Assembly: GCA_023379675.1 (NCBI GenBank)
Contig: JAMCPL010000010.1
Span: 51,021 to 115,020 of the forward strand
Direction: 5' to 3'
DNA: 64,000 nt
From: Actinomycetota bacterium
Lineage (GTDB): Bacteria; Actinomycetota; Acidimicrobiia; Acidimicrobiales; JAMCPL01
The notes beneath the pieces were generated by a model. It was not told the DNA's origin, made no database searches, and saw only the letters and a list, made by a program, of their open reading frames with translations. A program made the position numbers and the translations under genes. Shown here piece after piece: positions 45,895 to 55,490 of the stretch. Each line of letters starts with the position of its first letter. Position 1 is the stretch's first letter.

Positions 45895-46647
45895 TCAAGG
45901 ACGGGGGATCAACATTGCCAGAGTCTTGTAACAATGGCCGTCATGTGGTGCGTCCAAGGCCACCAGCAGGCAATAGGGGCGAAATCCTATTGCTTCCTCG
46001 AGTTCCTTGGCTTGGAGCGTTCCGCTCTTGGTCATGCTGAGGATGCGTTGCAGATTTCTGCTGGAGACCGGCATTATTGTGTCCACCGTACCGGAGGTCA
46101 GCCTTGCCCATGATGAGCCGTCGTCCCGTAGGAACAATAATATATGGTCCACCTTCTTGATCAGGGCGACCGATGGGTGTTGCCCGTTGAAATCCCAATA
46201 CGGTGCGGACCAGCCTGGGAATCCGAGCAAGTTCTTCGGGAGGGGGGTCGCAATCTCCTTCAGCAGCATCCGGGCGAATCGGGCCGCCAGGAAGCCATGC
46301 AGCTGGGGAGTACCGGTAACGGTGATGGCGTCTGGAAATGCTGGATCCTCGGCACTTGTTTCTGTGGAGCACTCCGCCGACAGGACGTCAAACGACTTCT
46401 CTTCCTGGGTGGGAGCTGTTTCGACATCTGGCGACATACCGGCTTGCTGGCTGGTGTTACCGCCTATATGAGCAATGTTATCATTCATATAACGATCATC
46501 TCGTAGTCGTATCATGCTATGCCTGTAGGGGTCGATTCCTATGACATCATTGCCAACGTCGGCAAGGAACACGACAACTTGCTGACCAGAGAGTTTTGAG
46601 CGGAGAGAACGCAGGCGCCTACCCGTGAGTGGCCTGGATCTCTTCAA
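45895..46647 (-). CDS. Hypothetical protein (250 aa), possibly DNA-binding
   Basis: The N-terminal LTGRRLRSLRSKLSGQQ.. segment is faintly XRE-HTH-like, followed by an acidic Ser/Thr linker and a C-terminal globular part. No family was recognised. Confidence 0.5.
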   Translation of the reverse strand: MKRSRPLTGRRLRSLRSKLSGQQVVVFLADVGNDVIGIDPYRHSMIRLRDDRYMNDNIAHIGGNTSQQAGMSPDVETAPTQEEKSFDVLSAECSTETSAEDPAFPDAITVTGTPQLHGFLAARFARMLLKEIATPLPKNLLGFPGWSAPYWDFNGQHPSVALIKKVDHILLFLRDDGSSWARLTSGTVDTIMPVSSRNLQRILSMTKSGTLQAKELEEAIGFRPYCLLVALDAPHDGHCYKTLAMLIPRP

Positions 46648-46837
46648 GCGTGATGCCTTTCAAGTGGCGGTTGGCTGGACATGTGCAATTCCCATGTATG
46701 CATGTGCGCCATTATACTCATGCCCGGCGTGCGCTTGCTACCCGGTGCCGACGCAGGCGATGTCGAGGGAGCGCCATTATGCTCATGCCAGCTGCTTGTT
46801 TAGCGCAATGAACCTCAATATTGCTATGATTGTAGGG

Positions 46838-47611
46838 ATGGAGATCAGACTTGATGGGAAGGTTGCCCTGGTTACCGGCGGTTCCAGGGGTATCGGGTTT
46901 GCCATAGCATCCAGGCTTGTGGAAGCAGGAGCAGATGTGATGATCACCTCGCGCAAGGCTGATGCGTTGGCTGCCGCAGCCGGCAGGTTGGCTGCATCAA
47001 ACCGGAGGGTGGAGTGGATGACGGCTCATGCAGGAGACCCTCGCCAGGCAGCAGGGTGTGTCAAGGAAACTATTTGCAGGCTTGGAAGCGTCGACATCCT
47101 CGTGAACAACGCTGCCACCAATCCGTACTTCGGGCATATCATGGACATTGACGAGAGGATGGCCTCGAAGACCGTCGAAGTCAATCAGCAGGGGCTTCTC
47201 ATGTGGTCAAAGTTTGCCTGGCATGAATGGATGGAGGAGAACGGTGGCTGTATTTTGAATATGGCATCCGTGGGTGGCCTAGAGGTGGAGCCTGCCATAG
47301 GCTGGTACAACGTCACCAAGGCGGCCGTCGTCCACCTCACGCGCCAGATGGCATATGAGATGTCGCCAGGCGTCAGGGTCAATGCATTGGCGCCCGGATT
47401 GGTGAAGACCGACTTCGCCAGGATGCTTTGGGATGGTTCGCACGGGGATGCCATTGCAGGAAACTTGCCATTGCAACGACTTGGCGAACCTGACGACATC
47501 GCTAGGCTGGCTCTGTTTGTCGTGTCGGATGCCGCTTCGTGGATTACCGGCAATGTCTTTGTCATCGACGGGGGGGCAATGGTAATGCCTGGCGGGGGCA
47601 TCAGCCGATGA
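46838..47611 (+). CDS. Short-chain dehydrogenase/reductase (FabG-like)
   Basis: KVALVTGGSRGIGFAIA, NNAA and YNVTKAAVVHLTR (YxxxK) are present. The start is taken at MEIRLDGK (46838) rather than ORF-track 46625. Confidence 0.88.
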   Translation: MEIRLDGKVALVTGGSRGIGFAIASRLVEAGADVMITSRKADALAAAAGRLAASNRRVEWMTAHAGDPRQAAGCVKETICRLGSVDILVNNAATNPYFGHIMDIDERMASKTVEVNQQGLLMWSKFAWHEWMEENGGCILNMASVGGLEVEPAIGWYNVTKAAVVHLTRQMAYEMSPGVRVNALAPGLVKTDFARMLWDGSHGDAIAGNLPLQRLGEPDDIARLALFVVSDAASWITGNVFVIDGGAMVMPGGGISR

Positions 47612-47709
47612 TGCTGCTTGCTCGCAGATGGCGGTTCCAGTGTAGCGGCTACGCTGGAAAGAGGGATGCCAAGCGAGCCAAGAAGTCGGCATGGAGCCGT
47701 GGCAGGGCG

Positions 47710-48138
47710 CTACTGGCCACGGGCTTTTTTCACCATATCAGCCAGCGTGAAGGAGGCGAGGTGGTCATGCATGTGCCTTCCTACATCCTGCCATACCGCC
47801 AGCAAGACACATTGTCCCTCGTGTTCGCAGGCTCCGTCCTCGTGAGGTTGTCCGAAATCACCAGCAGTGATCGGCCCGTCGACAGCACTTACCACCTGTG
47901 CAAGAGTGATGTCTTCCGGTGGATGTCCAAGGACATATCCACCGCCTATCCCTCGCTTGGATCGGACCAGGCCGGCTCCCTTCAATGACAGTAGTATCTG
48001 CTCCAGATATGGTTGTGGTAAGCCGGTACGCTCGGCGATGTCCTTTACCGATGTCGGCCCGGTCTCGTCTGAGTGCAGCGCCAGGGAGAGAAGGGCCCTG
48101 CTTGCATAGTCGCCTCGTGTCGAAACTCTCACACTCAA
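47710..48138 (-). CDS. Rrf2 family transcriptional regulator
   Basis: RVSTRGDYASRALLSLA.....TSVKDIAERTGLPQPYLEQILLSLKGAGLVRSKRGIGGGYVL matches the family. Confidence 0.92.
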   Translation of the reverse strand: MSVRVSTRGDYASRALLSLALHSDETGPTSVKDIAERTGLPQPYLEQILLSLKGAGLVRSKRGIGGGYVLGHPPEDITLAQVVSAVDGPITAGDFGQPHEDGACEHEGQCVLLAVWQDVGRHMHDHLASFTLADMVKKARGQ

Positions 48139-48154
48139 ATGTTACTTCCCTGGC

Positions 48155-49405
48155 GTGGTGCTCATGAACACTATCGACAAAGATCCCGTGCTGCCTATTT
48201 ATAGTGGGGCATGCATATGCAATGTCATGCCGGTCATTACGGGCATACTGGCTGCCGGAAACGGCGCAGGAGGGATTGACGGTGCCGGTGGTGGGCAGCA
48301 GAGAGTGCTTGCCACGAGCTCGCCACTATATCGTGACGGTAATAGTAGTGACCCGTCGTTGGATGATGGCGATACGCCCGACTGGGTACCGTCATGCCTC
48401 TCCGAGGCTAGGCAGATTGCCGTACTCGTGGTCGATGGTCTTGGATGGCTTCAAATGCAACGGTACGAATCGCCGGAGACGTTAATAGAGATGGAAGGTG
48501 GGTGGATCACATCGGTGGCGCCCACCACTACTGCAGCGGCACTGACATCACTTACTACCGGGCTGCCCCCGAGCGTACATGGAATGGTCGGCTACCGGAT
48601 GAAGGTGCGGCGACATGACACCGACGATGTGCTCAACGCACTACGATGGAGGACGGAGTCTGGAGGTGATGCGAGAACCGAAGTAAGGCCGAGAGAGTTC
48701 CAGCCAGCTGCGCCATTCGGTGGCAAGAGCGTGCCGGTGGTGGCAAGAGCGGACCTGTGTGGCACTGGTTTCACGGCAGCTCATCTCTACGGATCCCGTC
48801 ATATATCCTGGAAAGCGCCGTCCTCGATCCCGGTGGAAGTGGAGAGGCTGCTGAAGTCAGGCGAACCTCTTACATATATATATTACGATGGTGTGGACAG
48901 GGTTGCGCATGCTTACGGGCTCGGAGATCATTATGAGGCGGAACTGGGGTATGTGGACGACCTTATTGCGGGTATACTTGAAGTGCTGCCTGATGGTGCC
49001 GCCCTAGTGGTTACCGCCGACCACGGGCAGGTACATATGGATGGACCTGCCATCGAGATGGATCCGTCCATCTTGGAGATGGTTAACCTGATATCAGGTG
49101 AAGGCAGGTTTCGCTGGTTGCATTGCAAGGGCGAGGTGCTGCCGGATCTACTGGAAGCCGCAGAGTACATTTACGGCGATCTGGCATGGGTTTGCAGCCG
49201 TACCCAGATCATGGATGAGGCATGGATGGGGCAAGGCATGGCGGCAGCGGTGGCGGAACGATTGGGCGACATTGCGCTGGTTGCCAGGGAACCGGTTGCG
49301 TTCATGGATCCTGCGGATGTCGGTGAGAGTAGGTTGAAAGCCAGGCACGGCTCTCTTACTCGTGAAGAGATCATGGTGCCTTTTGTGGCTTACCTGAATG
49401 GCTGA
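48155..49405 (+). CDS. Alkaline-phosphatase superfamily protein (type I phosphodiesterase/nucleotide pyrophosphatase-like)
   Basis: VVDGLGW..SVAPTTTAAALTSLTTGLPPSVHGMVGY and YYDGVDRVAHAYG..VVTADHGQV are metal-site motifs of the AlkP/PglZ-type fold. Confidence 0.7.
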   Translation: MVLMNTIDKDPVLPIYSGACICNVMPVITGILAAGNGAGGIDGAGGGQQRVLATSSPLYRDGNSSDPSLDDGDTPDWVPSCLSEARQIAVLVVDGLGWLQMQRYESPETLIEMEGGWITSVAPTTTAAALTSLTTGLPPSVHGMVGYRMKVRRHDTDDVLNALRWRTESGGDARTEVRPREFQPAAPFGGKSVPVVARADLCGTGFTAAHLYGSRHISWKAPSSIPVEVERLLKSGEPLTYIYYDGVDRVAHAYGLGDHYEAELGYVDDLIAGILEVLPDGAALVVTADHGQVHMDGPAIEMDPSILEMVNLISGEGRFRWLHCKGEVLPDLLEAAEYIYGDLAWVCSRTQIMDEAWMGQGMAAAVAERLGDIALVAREPVAFMDPADVGESRLKARHGSLTREEIMVPFVAYLNG

Positions 49406-49486
49406 GCATGTTAGTGGCTGAGCATGTTCCTTCTCGTATCCGTACACCCGACGTTCACGCCACGCATAGGTATCCCCGCCGGATGT

Positions 49487-52195
49487 TTACGCAGATGGCT
49501 GCCCACCATCGTTTTCCTGGGCTGGGGCAATCCCGTAATGCCTCCATGTGGATGAGCGTGAGGGCAGATCATCCGCTTGTGGCTCCGGGCTGTAGGTTGC
49601 CTGCCCGTGCGATGCCCGGTCGGATGCTTGGCTGCGGAATGTATCGACCATCTTGAGCATGGCATGCACATCCACAGGCTTGGTCATGTACCTGCAAGCA
49701 CCCTGGCTGATCAGGCGTTCCAGGCTGCCTGGCGTCGCGTCGGCAGACACAATGACCACCGGTGTGCCTGAGAGGTCGCCTCCAGCAGTGATCTCACGTA
49801 GCACGTCCTCGCCGGACATATCTTCGAGATGCAAATCGAGAAGGATCAGATCAGGATGGTACTGGCGAGCGATATCGATTCCCAGCCTCCCGAGCGCCGC
49901 AGGGATGAGCCTGATCGAAGGTCGCTTGGAGAGTATCTCTTCCATGAGCCTTGCGCTTGCAACGTTATCCTCTATGTACAACACAGTGAAGAGCCGCTCG
50001 GCCTCGCTACCCGTTGCTGCGGATTCCGGGCTACCTGCAGGTTGCATTTCGGTGCCCGCGTTTCCGGAGTCGAGGACGGCATCCGCTGCCTGCGAACCGC
50101 TGGTAATTCCTGCTTCCATGGGGTCGCCGGCAGGATTTTCGTTCGAACCTGCAGAGGCGGTACTCTCGTTCACGGACACCTCCACGCAAAATGTACTTCC
50201 CTTGGCGGGCTCGCTGGTGACCGTGATGGTACCTCCCATCGCCTCCACGAGCCTTCTGGTGAGGGCAAGGCCAATCCCCGTACCAGGTATCGATGTGCTG
50301 TCCGCGCTCAGCCTGGTAAATGGCGTGAATATGGCTTCCAGCGCATTGGCCGGGATGCCCCTTCCGGTATCGACTACGGATATCCTGACGGTACGTCCCC
50401 TATCGCATTGCTGTTGCTCCAGATTGACCATGACGCTTCCTCCTTTTATGTTGTATTTGATGGCGTTGTCCAGAAGGTTCAGCAGCACCTGCATCAGCCG
50501 CTGGCTGTCTGCCTTTACGGCCAGGTAATTTCCCACATCGTTACGATTGAACGCCAGTGAAACATTACTGGTGAATGCCAGCGGGGAGATGATGTCCATT
50601 GCTTCACGAATACTTGGCACTACCATGACCGGTTCGATGGAAAGGCTGAGGCGTCCGGCTTCGACGCGTGCGAGATCAAGCACTTCGTTGATCAGCGATA
50701 GCAGGTGCTTACCGCCTTTTTCGATCTGGACGACATATTCGCGGATCTGATCGGGAATCTCGTCCATCTTGATAAGTTGGCTGAAGCCGAGGATGGAGTT
50801 CAGCGGGGTGCGGAGTTCATGACTCATCCTGGACAGGAACTCCGACTTTGCCTGGTTTGCTTTGTCCGCTTCCTGCTTTGCCGATTTGAGCTCATCTTCT
50901 TTCGTCACCTGATCTGATATGTCCCGCGCGGCGGTGACCGTGCCGACGACCCTGCCGTCCTTGCTGGTCAGCGGCCTGCACCGTATCTCGTAGGTTTTGA
51001 CTTCCCCAGTTTTCCCACGTGCCCGAACCCTCATAGGTAAGGACGCGGTGCGCGGCGAGGCAATGGTGGTCGCTTGCAGTTCGAGTGAGGGCCGGCGGTC
51101 CTCCGGCAGGACATGTTGGAAGTTGCACATCAGCTCTCTTGCCCTATCCATAGTGATACCAAGTGAGCGTTCCACCTCCGGGCTTACCCTGATCACCTTG
51201 CCGGCCGTATCCCTCAGGGTGATGATGTCGGGGACGGCCTCGAATATGGAACTTATGAGGCGCTCACGGTCAAGGATTTCGTCCCTCTGGTCGCGCAAGC
51301 TCTTTTCCCGGTGGCGAAGCTCCTGCGAGGCTTCCTTCAACCCAGCGGCGATTTGCCCGATCTCGTCCTTGCCAACGGGTAGGTCCGTCAGCTCCTCTCC
51401 CTTGTGCAGGCGGAGAGACGCCATCTCAATTGCTGTCAATCTCTTGGACACTCCCGATGATATTATCAGCATTACCACTACGCCGCCTATGATGGCTATC
51501 AGCACAGCGGCAAGGGACACAGATCCACCGGCATCGTGCCGCGCCGCCAGCGTTGCCTTTGCATTTGACATTATGCCGTTCTCATTACTGATGAAGCGCC
51601 TGACCGTGGATTCTGCCGACGTTATCCCTCCAAACACTCCTGCAAGTAGGTGTCGTACCGGGCCAGGTAGGGATACCGATGAATGGCTGGATCCTGTGGA
51701 GGGTCCTGTGGAGCCGCTCAGCGAGGCTACATCGGAGGTAAGCGCGGCCAGCTTGGACAGTACGGATGACAATTGCCCAGAGAGGGCGCCTGCCATGGCA
51801 ATTGCTCTGGGGTGGTGATCAGACAAGGATTGGAGATTTCTTACGTTGGCTGTGATGTCGATGCGTTCAGCGCGGATGTCCGCGAGGGCCGCCATGACGG
51901 TCTGGCGACCAGTGGTGGCGTGAGGCGTACTCCCAAGAGGCTGGGCCAGCTTTACCAGTATCTGTCCCAGATCCGATTCGGCGTCATGAGCCTCATTCTC
52001 GGCCCTGATCGTGTTGTCGTAAGCCGATTGTGCACTTGCGATGGACGGATTGACTGCGAAGCCAGCCAATGCCAGATAGCCGACGAGTATGAGCAATGGC
52101 ACTCCAACCACCACGCTGGCCTTGTACTTTATCTTGAGATCCCGTGTCAGCCGGGAAGGAGCGAAAGGGAACTTGCGGCCTGACGAACTGGTCAT
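49487..52195 (-). CDS. Hybrid sensor histidine kinase/response regulator (TM-sensor, HAMP, PAS, HisKA, HATPase, REC)
   Basis: H-box FLSRMSHELRTPLNSILGF, N-box LLNLLDNAIKY, G-boxes DTGRGIP and GTGIGLAL, and a C-terminal receiver (VLYIEDN..DLILLDLHLEDMSG..TKP) are present. Confidence 0.9.
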   Translation of the reverse strand: MTSSSGRKFPFAPSRLTRDLKIKYKASVVVGVPLLILVGYLALAGFAVNPSIASAQSAYDNTIRAENEAHDAESDLGQILVKLAQPLGSTPHATTGRQTVMAALADIRAERIDITANVRNLQSLSDHHPRAIAMAGALSGQLSSVLSKLAALTSDVASLSGSTGPSTGSSHSSVSLPGPVRHLLAGVFGGITSAESTVRRFISNENGIMSNAKATLAARHDAGGSVSLAAVLIAIIGGVVVMLIISSGVSKRLTAIEMASLRLHKGEELTDLPVGKDEIGQIAAGLKEASQELRHREKSLRDQRDEILDRERLISSIFEAVPDIITLRDTAGKVIRVSPEVERSLGITMDRARELMCNFQHVLPEDRRPSLELQATTIASPRTASLPMRVRARGKTGEVKTYEIRCRPLTSKDGRVVGTVTAARDISDQVTKEDELKSAKQEADKANQAKSEFLSRMSHELRTPLNSILGFSQLIKMDEIPDQIREYVVQIEKGGKHLLSLINEVLDLARVEAGRLSLSIEPVMVVPSIREAMDIISPLAFTSNVSLAFNRNDVGNYLAVKADSQRLMQVLLNLLDNAIKYNIKGGSVMVNLEQQQCDRGRTVRISVVDTGRGIPANALEAIFTPFTRLSADSTSIPGTGIGLALTRRLVEAMGGTITVTSEPAKGSTFCVEVSVNESTASAGSNENPAGDPMEAGITSGSQAADAVLDSGNAGTEMQPAGSPESAATGSEAERLFTVLYIEDNVASARLMEEILSKRPSIRLIPAALGRLGIDIARQYHPDLILLDLHLEDMSGEDVLREITAGGDLSGTPVVIVSADATPGSLERLISQGACRYMTKPVDVHAMLKMVDTFRSQASDRASHGQATYSPEPQADDLPSRSSTWRHYGIAPAQENDGGQPSA

Positions 52196-52387
52196 CGTGC
52201 CGTTTTCTTACAACAGACCACTCGTATTACCATATTGCCCCAATCCGTTCCATAGGCGCTCCGGGACAGCCCAATGATCAACCCTCGAAACCATCCAGGA
52301 AGCCATATCCAGTATTCTCAGTATAGCCCTGGTGGCACAGGTTTGCTTGCAATGTGAATAGCTGATCACAATTTGTGCCGTAATGCC

Positions 52388-52499
52388 GAAGTGGCGGTCT
52401 ACACGGGTTCGACACCTTCAGGCCCCAAAGGGTCTAACGGGAATCTTGGACCAATCGACTCATGAAGTGGCGGTCTACACGGGTTCGACACCTTCAGGC
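52388..52499. repeat. Repeat-spacer-repeat unit 3: perfect 36-nt direct repeat x2 with a 40-nt spacer; one copy covers the LysR stop codon
   Basis: GAAGTGGCGGTCTACACGGGTTCGACACCTTCAGGC occurs at 52388-52423 and 52464-52499. The spacer is CCCAAAGGGTCTAACGGGAATCTTGGACCAATCGACTCAT. Confidence 0.92.
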
Positions 52500-53398
52500 A
52501 TAGGTTGCCCATGTTTGGCTGTTCTCGTCACTTCTTGCAGTGAGGCGATTGCCGCCTTGGCCGATGCCGACGGTATGCTCCGCGATCGGCGGGCTATCCC
52601 GACTTCACGAGTGGCTATGCCGTCTACCTTTACCAGCCTGACGCGATCTTTTAGATGGAATGGGACCGCACTGGTGGGCAACAGGGCAAATCCGTTACCG
52701 TCGAAGGCGAGCGATGCTATCAGGCGTATCCCGTCCAACTCGGCGGCAGCCTTTAGACTGACACCGTGAGACATTGCCGCCTGGTCCAGTTCGTTACGGA
52801 ATGTGGTTCCAGGCGCTGGCAGCAGCAGTTCGAGGTGGGCCAGATCGGCCATCTGGATTGAGTCCATGCCCGGAACTGGATCCGCGTCACGCGGTACCAC
52901 GAGGTTGATTTCTTCTGTGAAGAGGGGGGTGGCGGTCAACTCCTTGCTGGTTACCGGGAGCGTCATGACAGCAAAGTCCAGCCTACCTGTAATCAGGAGC
53001 TGGCTGAGGGTGTTACTGGTTCCGTCATGTATCACCAAACGAATGGCAGGGTGAGCCCGTTTCAGGGTGGCATGCAGCCTTGGCGTGATCCATCGTGCCG
53101 TGGTACCTATCATGCCGATCCGTACGGTACCGGACAGTTCTGCCTTCAGCGCGCCTATGTCGTCCCATATGGCTTCCATCTCTCCGAGCATCCTGTACGC
53201 GCGGGCGGCAACCGCTTCACCTTCTGGGGTGAGATCCGACGTCGATCTATCGATGAGTACCGTCCCAAGCTCGTTCTCCAGCTTTGTCACGTGTGCTGAG
53301 ATATTTGATTGGACTGTTCCAAGCAAGTCCGCTGCGCTGGAAAAGGAACCTTTTTCATGTACCGCCAGTAGGGCTCGTAGCTGTTTTATATCCATCAC
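52475..53398 (-). CDS. LysR family transcriptional regulator
   Basis: MDIKQLRALLAVHEKGSFSSAADLLGTVQSNISAHVTKLENELG HTH followed by a LysR substrate-binding domain. Confidence 0.92.
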   Translation of the reverse strand: MMDIKQLRALLAVHEKGSFSSAADLLGTVQSNISAHVTKLENELGTVLIDRSTSDLTPEGEAVAARAYRMLGEMEAIWDDIGALKAELSGTVRIGMIGTTARWITPRLHATLKRAHPAIRLVIHDGTSNTLSQLLITGRLDFAVMTLPVTSKELTATPLFTEEINLVVPRDADPVPGMDSIQMADLAHLELLLPAPGTTFRNELDQAAMSHGVSLKAAAELDGIRLIASLAFDGNGFALLPTSAVPFHLKDRVRLVKVDGIATREVGIARRSRSIPSASAKAAIASLQEVTRTAKHGQPMPEGVEPV

Positions 53399-53670
53399 TT
53401 ATTATGATATCAAGTATCTATAGTAGCTGCTTGACAGATTGAGGCATAAGGTACATAATATTTACATAGATAGCAGGAGCTGGATACCCCCTCTCCGTTT
53501 CCTGGCTATACAGATGGAGAAGTCGAGCGCCCCCCCTTGGCTTCTCCATCGCTATTTTGGCGGAGATCTACTTTCCATACTGTACAGCGCTAGCGGTTTC
53601 ACCGCGTATGCCGCACATGCCGGTCGTCGGGTGTGTCATTATTTGTAGGATAAAATAGTTTAGCTATAAT

Positions 53671-54375
53671 ATGTCCATGGTGAGGAACTCCAGAGCTACT
53701 GGCGGCGGCGCTGTGAGTGGCGGCAACGGCATGTACGGAGGTGAAGACGGCACCGAACACGGCTGCATGGCCGAGGGTGGCGGCAGCATTGGCGTCAAGG
53801 GTGGCGGCCAACCCATCAGTGATGAAAGTGGAGGCAGTGGCATGGACACGGATATGCCACGACGGCATGCCGGTGAGTACCCAGCCGGCATCGTGCATGA
53901 CGGTAATGGCGACGTGTCTACTGAGGCAGTCGATATATTTCTTCTGATAGTGCATCTGGCCAGAGGGCTACGATGGCACGGTTCGCAGATGCCTGAGGAT
54001 CTCCGCACGATGGTGAGAAATGCAGGATTGGCTCCAAGGCACATCACTGCCCTTGTGCAGATAGCAGCGGCAGGGGAGATGAGCGTGAGTCTACTGGCGG
54101 ATAGGCTGGGGGTCGCCCTGACCACTGCCAGCCTACTTGCTTCTCAGCTGGCTTCGCAGGGATTGGTGGAGCGAAAAGAGGATCCTGAGGATCATCGGCG
54201 TACATTGATACGGATTCCCGAGCGATTCGATGACATCACATCTGGCATGTTCAAGGGGCTCCTGGAACCTATAGAGCAGGTGCTCGCTTCCATCAGTGCA
54301 CAGGACCGCGGCGTGCTCGAATCTGCATTGCGGAAGTTGGTCGAGGCAGTGACTGCGGCTGCATGTGGACCGTAG
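53671..54375 (+). CDS. MarR family transcriptional regulator (Gly-rich N-terminal extension; start uncertain)
   Basis: LAPRHITALVQIAAAGEMSVSLLADRLGVALTTASLLASQLASQGLVERKEDPEDHRRTLIRI is a winged HTH. An internal Met at 53842 is an alternative start. Confidence 0.8.
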   Translation: MSMVRNSRATGGGAVSGGNGMYGGEDGTEHGCMAEGGGSIGVKGGGQPISDESGGSGMDTDMPRRHAGEYPAGIVHDGNGDVSTEAVDIFLLIVHLARGLRWHGSQMPEDLRTMVRNAGLAPRHITALVQIAAAGEMSVSLLADRLGVALTTASLLASQLASQGLVERKEDPEDHRRTLIRIPERFDDITSGMFKGLLEPIEQVLASISAQDRGVLESALRKLVEAVTAAACGP

Positions 54376-54410
54376 GGTGAATCTACCTCACAAGTGGAGG
54401 GTACATCGTT

Positions 54411-55295
54411 GTGCGTGGTGCATGGGAATGGAGGATGGCTGGCCAGCCGCTGCGGGAGTGCTGTAACGGAGCGGCTACTATGGGTACCGTGAAACGCATA
54501 CCTTCCACGGACCCAGCCAGACCGGCTGCAGGTTTACGCGATACCGCAGAGAGGCGAAGCCGGCCTGCGCAATCTTACAGGATTGATTTCAAACTTCCAG
54601 CGGAAGTCGAGGAGGAGATTGCTGGGCTTACCGCCAGTAAGGAATCCACTACCAGGGAGAGGATACTCGATATGCTGGCAAGGGCGGCGCGGGCATATGA
54701 CAGGGGATATTTTAAGGAATCGTTGCAGTATGCCGGCAAGGTGCTGAGGCAGTTGCCCGCTTCTGCGTCTGCACGCGAACTCGCCGGTCTCTCCTATTAC
54801 GGTCTTGGCAAATGGCACGAGGCATCGACACGGTTGCAGTGGGTGGTCGATTCGACTGGGGATATGAGCCAGGTTCCGGCTCTGATGGATTGCCACAGGG
54901 CAATGGGCAACTACAGTAAGGTTGCTGATCTGTACGATTTACTTCGCCGGTCATCACCTCTGCCCGAGGTGCTCGCAGAGGGACGTATAGTTGCCGCGGA
55001 GGCGCTCGCAGATGAGGGCAGGATCATAGAGGGGATAGAGTTACTCGAACGGGCCGGTGTACGTAAGCTGATCCGCAACCCCAAGGAGAGGCATTACAGG
55101 CAGTGGTACGTCCTTGGTGATCTCTACGAGAAGGCTGAGCATATCGCCACGGCAAGGCTCATGTTCAAGCGGGTGAGCGAGTGCGATGGCGGTGCAACGG
55201 ATGCAAAGGAGAGGCTCGACTTCATAGGGGGGAATGAGGTTCCCAGGCGACAGCGTCACCGTAGTTCAAGCGCCAGAGTGACAATGCCAGAGTGA
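54411..55295 (+). CDS. Tetratricopeptide-repeat protein
   Basis: TPR-like helices (AYDRGYFKESLQYAGKVL, GLGKWHEASTRLQWVV, MGNYSKVADLYDLL and others) with a basic C-terminus. The start is uncertain. Confidence 0.6.
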   Translation: MRGAWEWRMAGQPLRECCNGAATMGTVKRIPSTDPARPAAGLRDTAERRSRPAQSYRIDFKLPAEVEEEIAGLTASKESTTRERILDMLARAARAYDRGYFKESLQYAGKVLRQLPASASARELAGLSYYGLGKWHEASTRLQWVVDSTGDMSQVPALMDCHRAMGNYSKVADLYDLLRRSSPLPEVLAEGRIVAAEALADEGRIIEGIELLERAGVRKLIRNPKERHYRQWYVLGDLYEKAEHIATARLMFKRVSECDGGATDAKERLDFIGGNEVPRRQRHRSSSARVTMPE

Positions 55296-55490
55296 CGGCA
55301 CTATAGTGATGAGTGGCGTCCGTGATTGTAGCGACCGGACAGGACAGTGCGAGCTTGGTCGTGGTCATGGAAGGAGTTGAGCCTTTTAAGTGACGCTATG
55401 CGACAGGGCTGTGGGTGCGGGCTGTTGAATGGCCTTGCGGCCGGTGTGGTCGTATAGACGGGAAAAGACTGGAGAAGGAGGAAAGTGCAG

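Noticed and set aside
52400-52420. tRNA-like T-arm (GGGTTCGA) inside repeat unit 3, suggesting a tRNA-gene att site.
   Set aside because: No complementary T-stem, acceptor stem or CCA context is present. The sequence is the 3' coding end of the LysR gene.
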